DNA of 64,000 nucleotides, taken from NCBI GenBank assembly GCA_044229975.1, contig JBGARZ010000004.1:288001-352000 (forward strand), in the 5' to 3' direction. Made by a program: the position numbers and the translations under genes. Below are positions 63,477-64,000 of the stretch, piece after piece. The notes under the pieces were generated by a model. The model made no database searches, was not told where the DNA came from, and was given only the letters and a program-made list of their open reading frames with translations. Source of the DNA: Polyangiales bacterium. GTDB lineage: Bacteria > Myxococcota_A > Polyangia > Polyangiales > Ga0077539. Position 1 is the stretch's first letter; the number at the start of each line of letters is the position of its first letter.

Positions 63477-64000
63477 CTATCGCCGGGGCAGCATGAGTAG
63501 GTGGTCGACGCGAACCCGGGCGGCGGGAGTGTCGCTCACGATCGCCACAGGGTGTGCGCCAGCGCTCAGGGGCCCGACGGCGAGACGCACCTCCTCCCAC
63601 CCGGGTGAGAGTCGGAAGCGGGCGACCTCGCGGTCGTCGATCCGCAGGGCTGCGTCGACGGCGTCACCGGGGTCGTCGCGACGGGCTCGCAGCACGACGA
63701 GCGCATCGCCAGACCAGCTCGGATTGACCGTGAAAAGAGGGGCGTTGCTCACGCAGCTACGGGCGCGCAGGAGGCGCCAGCCGAGGGTGTCTTCGTGGGT
63801 CTCGCAGCGGTCCCAACCGGAGCCGGGGGTGCGGGCGTCCCAGCCGGGGAGGGTGGTTCCGATGGCGTTCAGTGCCCCGAGGGCCTCGGCGGCGTAGCGC
63901 TCGGTGCGGGCGAGGGTGATGTGATCGACGATCCAGGGGACGGCGCGTCGGTCGCCGAGCATTCCGAGGGCGGCGACGGCGTTGGCGCGCACGTCGTCGG
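63477..64000 (-). CDS. 3' part of a HEAT-repeat protein (partial)
   Basis: DDVRANAVAALGMLGDRRAVP HEAT motif; frame is open to the window edge. Confidence 0.7.
   Translation of the reverse strand, partial: DDVRANAVAALGMLGDRRAVPWIVDHITLARTERYAAEALGALNAIGTTLPGWDARTPGSGWDRCETHEDTLGWRLLRARSCVSNAPLFTVNPSWSGDALVVLRARRDDPGDAVDAALRIDDREVARFRLSPGWEEVRLAVGPLSAGAHPVAIVSDTPAARVRVDHLLMLPRR

Overview
GC-rich (roughly 70% by eye) bacterial chromosome segment. Its content points to a myxobacterium (Myxococcota, Polyangiales-like): Cys-rich lipoproteins, a Uma2 nuclease, a Ser/Thr kinase, two sigma32-type factors and a DLDGDG-type pilin. It carries housekeeping loci (tRNA-Val/infC, rpsB-tsf), a complete reductive pyrimidine-catabolism operon (preT-preA-ureidopropionase-hydA-mmsA-aminotransferase), many secreted proteins, one IS3-family element that splits a gene, and at least six REP/REPIN-like inverted repeats. 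The most unusual locus is a minus-strand cassette at about 35750-36340 with three atypical tRNA genes (anticodons GUU/Asn, CUU/Lys, UCU/Arg). They are preceded by a 16-codon leader ORF (MRPQTNSKPKNRNPKR) with three each of Asn, Lys and Arg, and a second SD-led 31-codon ORF ending KRK. The 3' end of each ORF lies in a hairpin abutting the next tRNA, which suggests a translation-sensing backup tRNA operon. Other leads are a Tat-exported ferritin-like active/degenerate pair beside a cupredoxin, a 43-bp phased repeat tract, an EF-Ts with a large insertion, and a C-rich 5' to G-rich 3' gradient in genes. All calls come from motif reading only; no searches were run.
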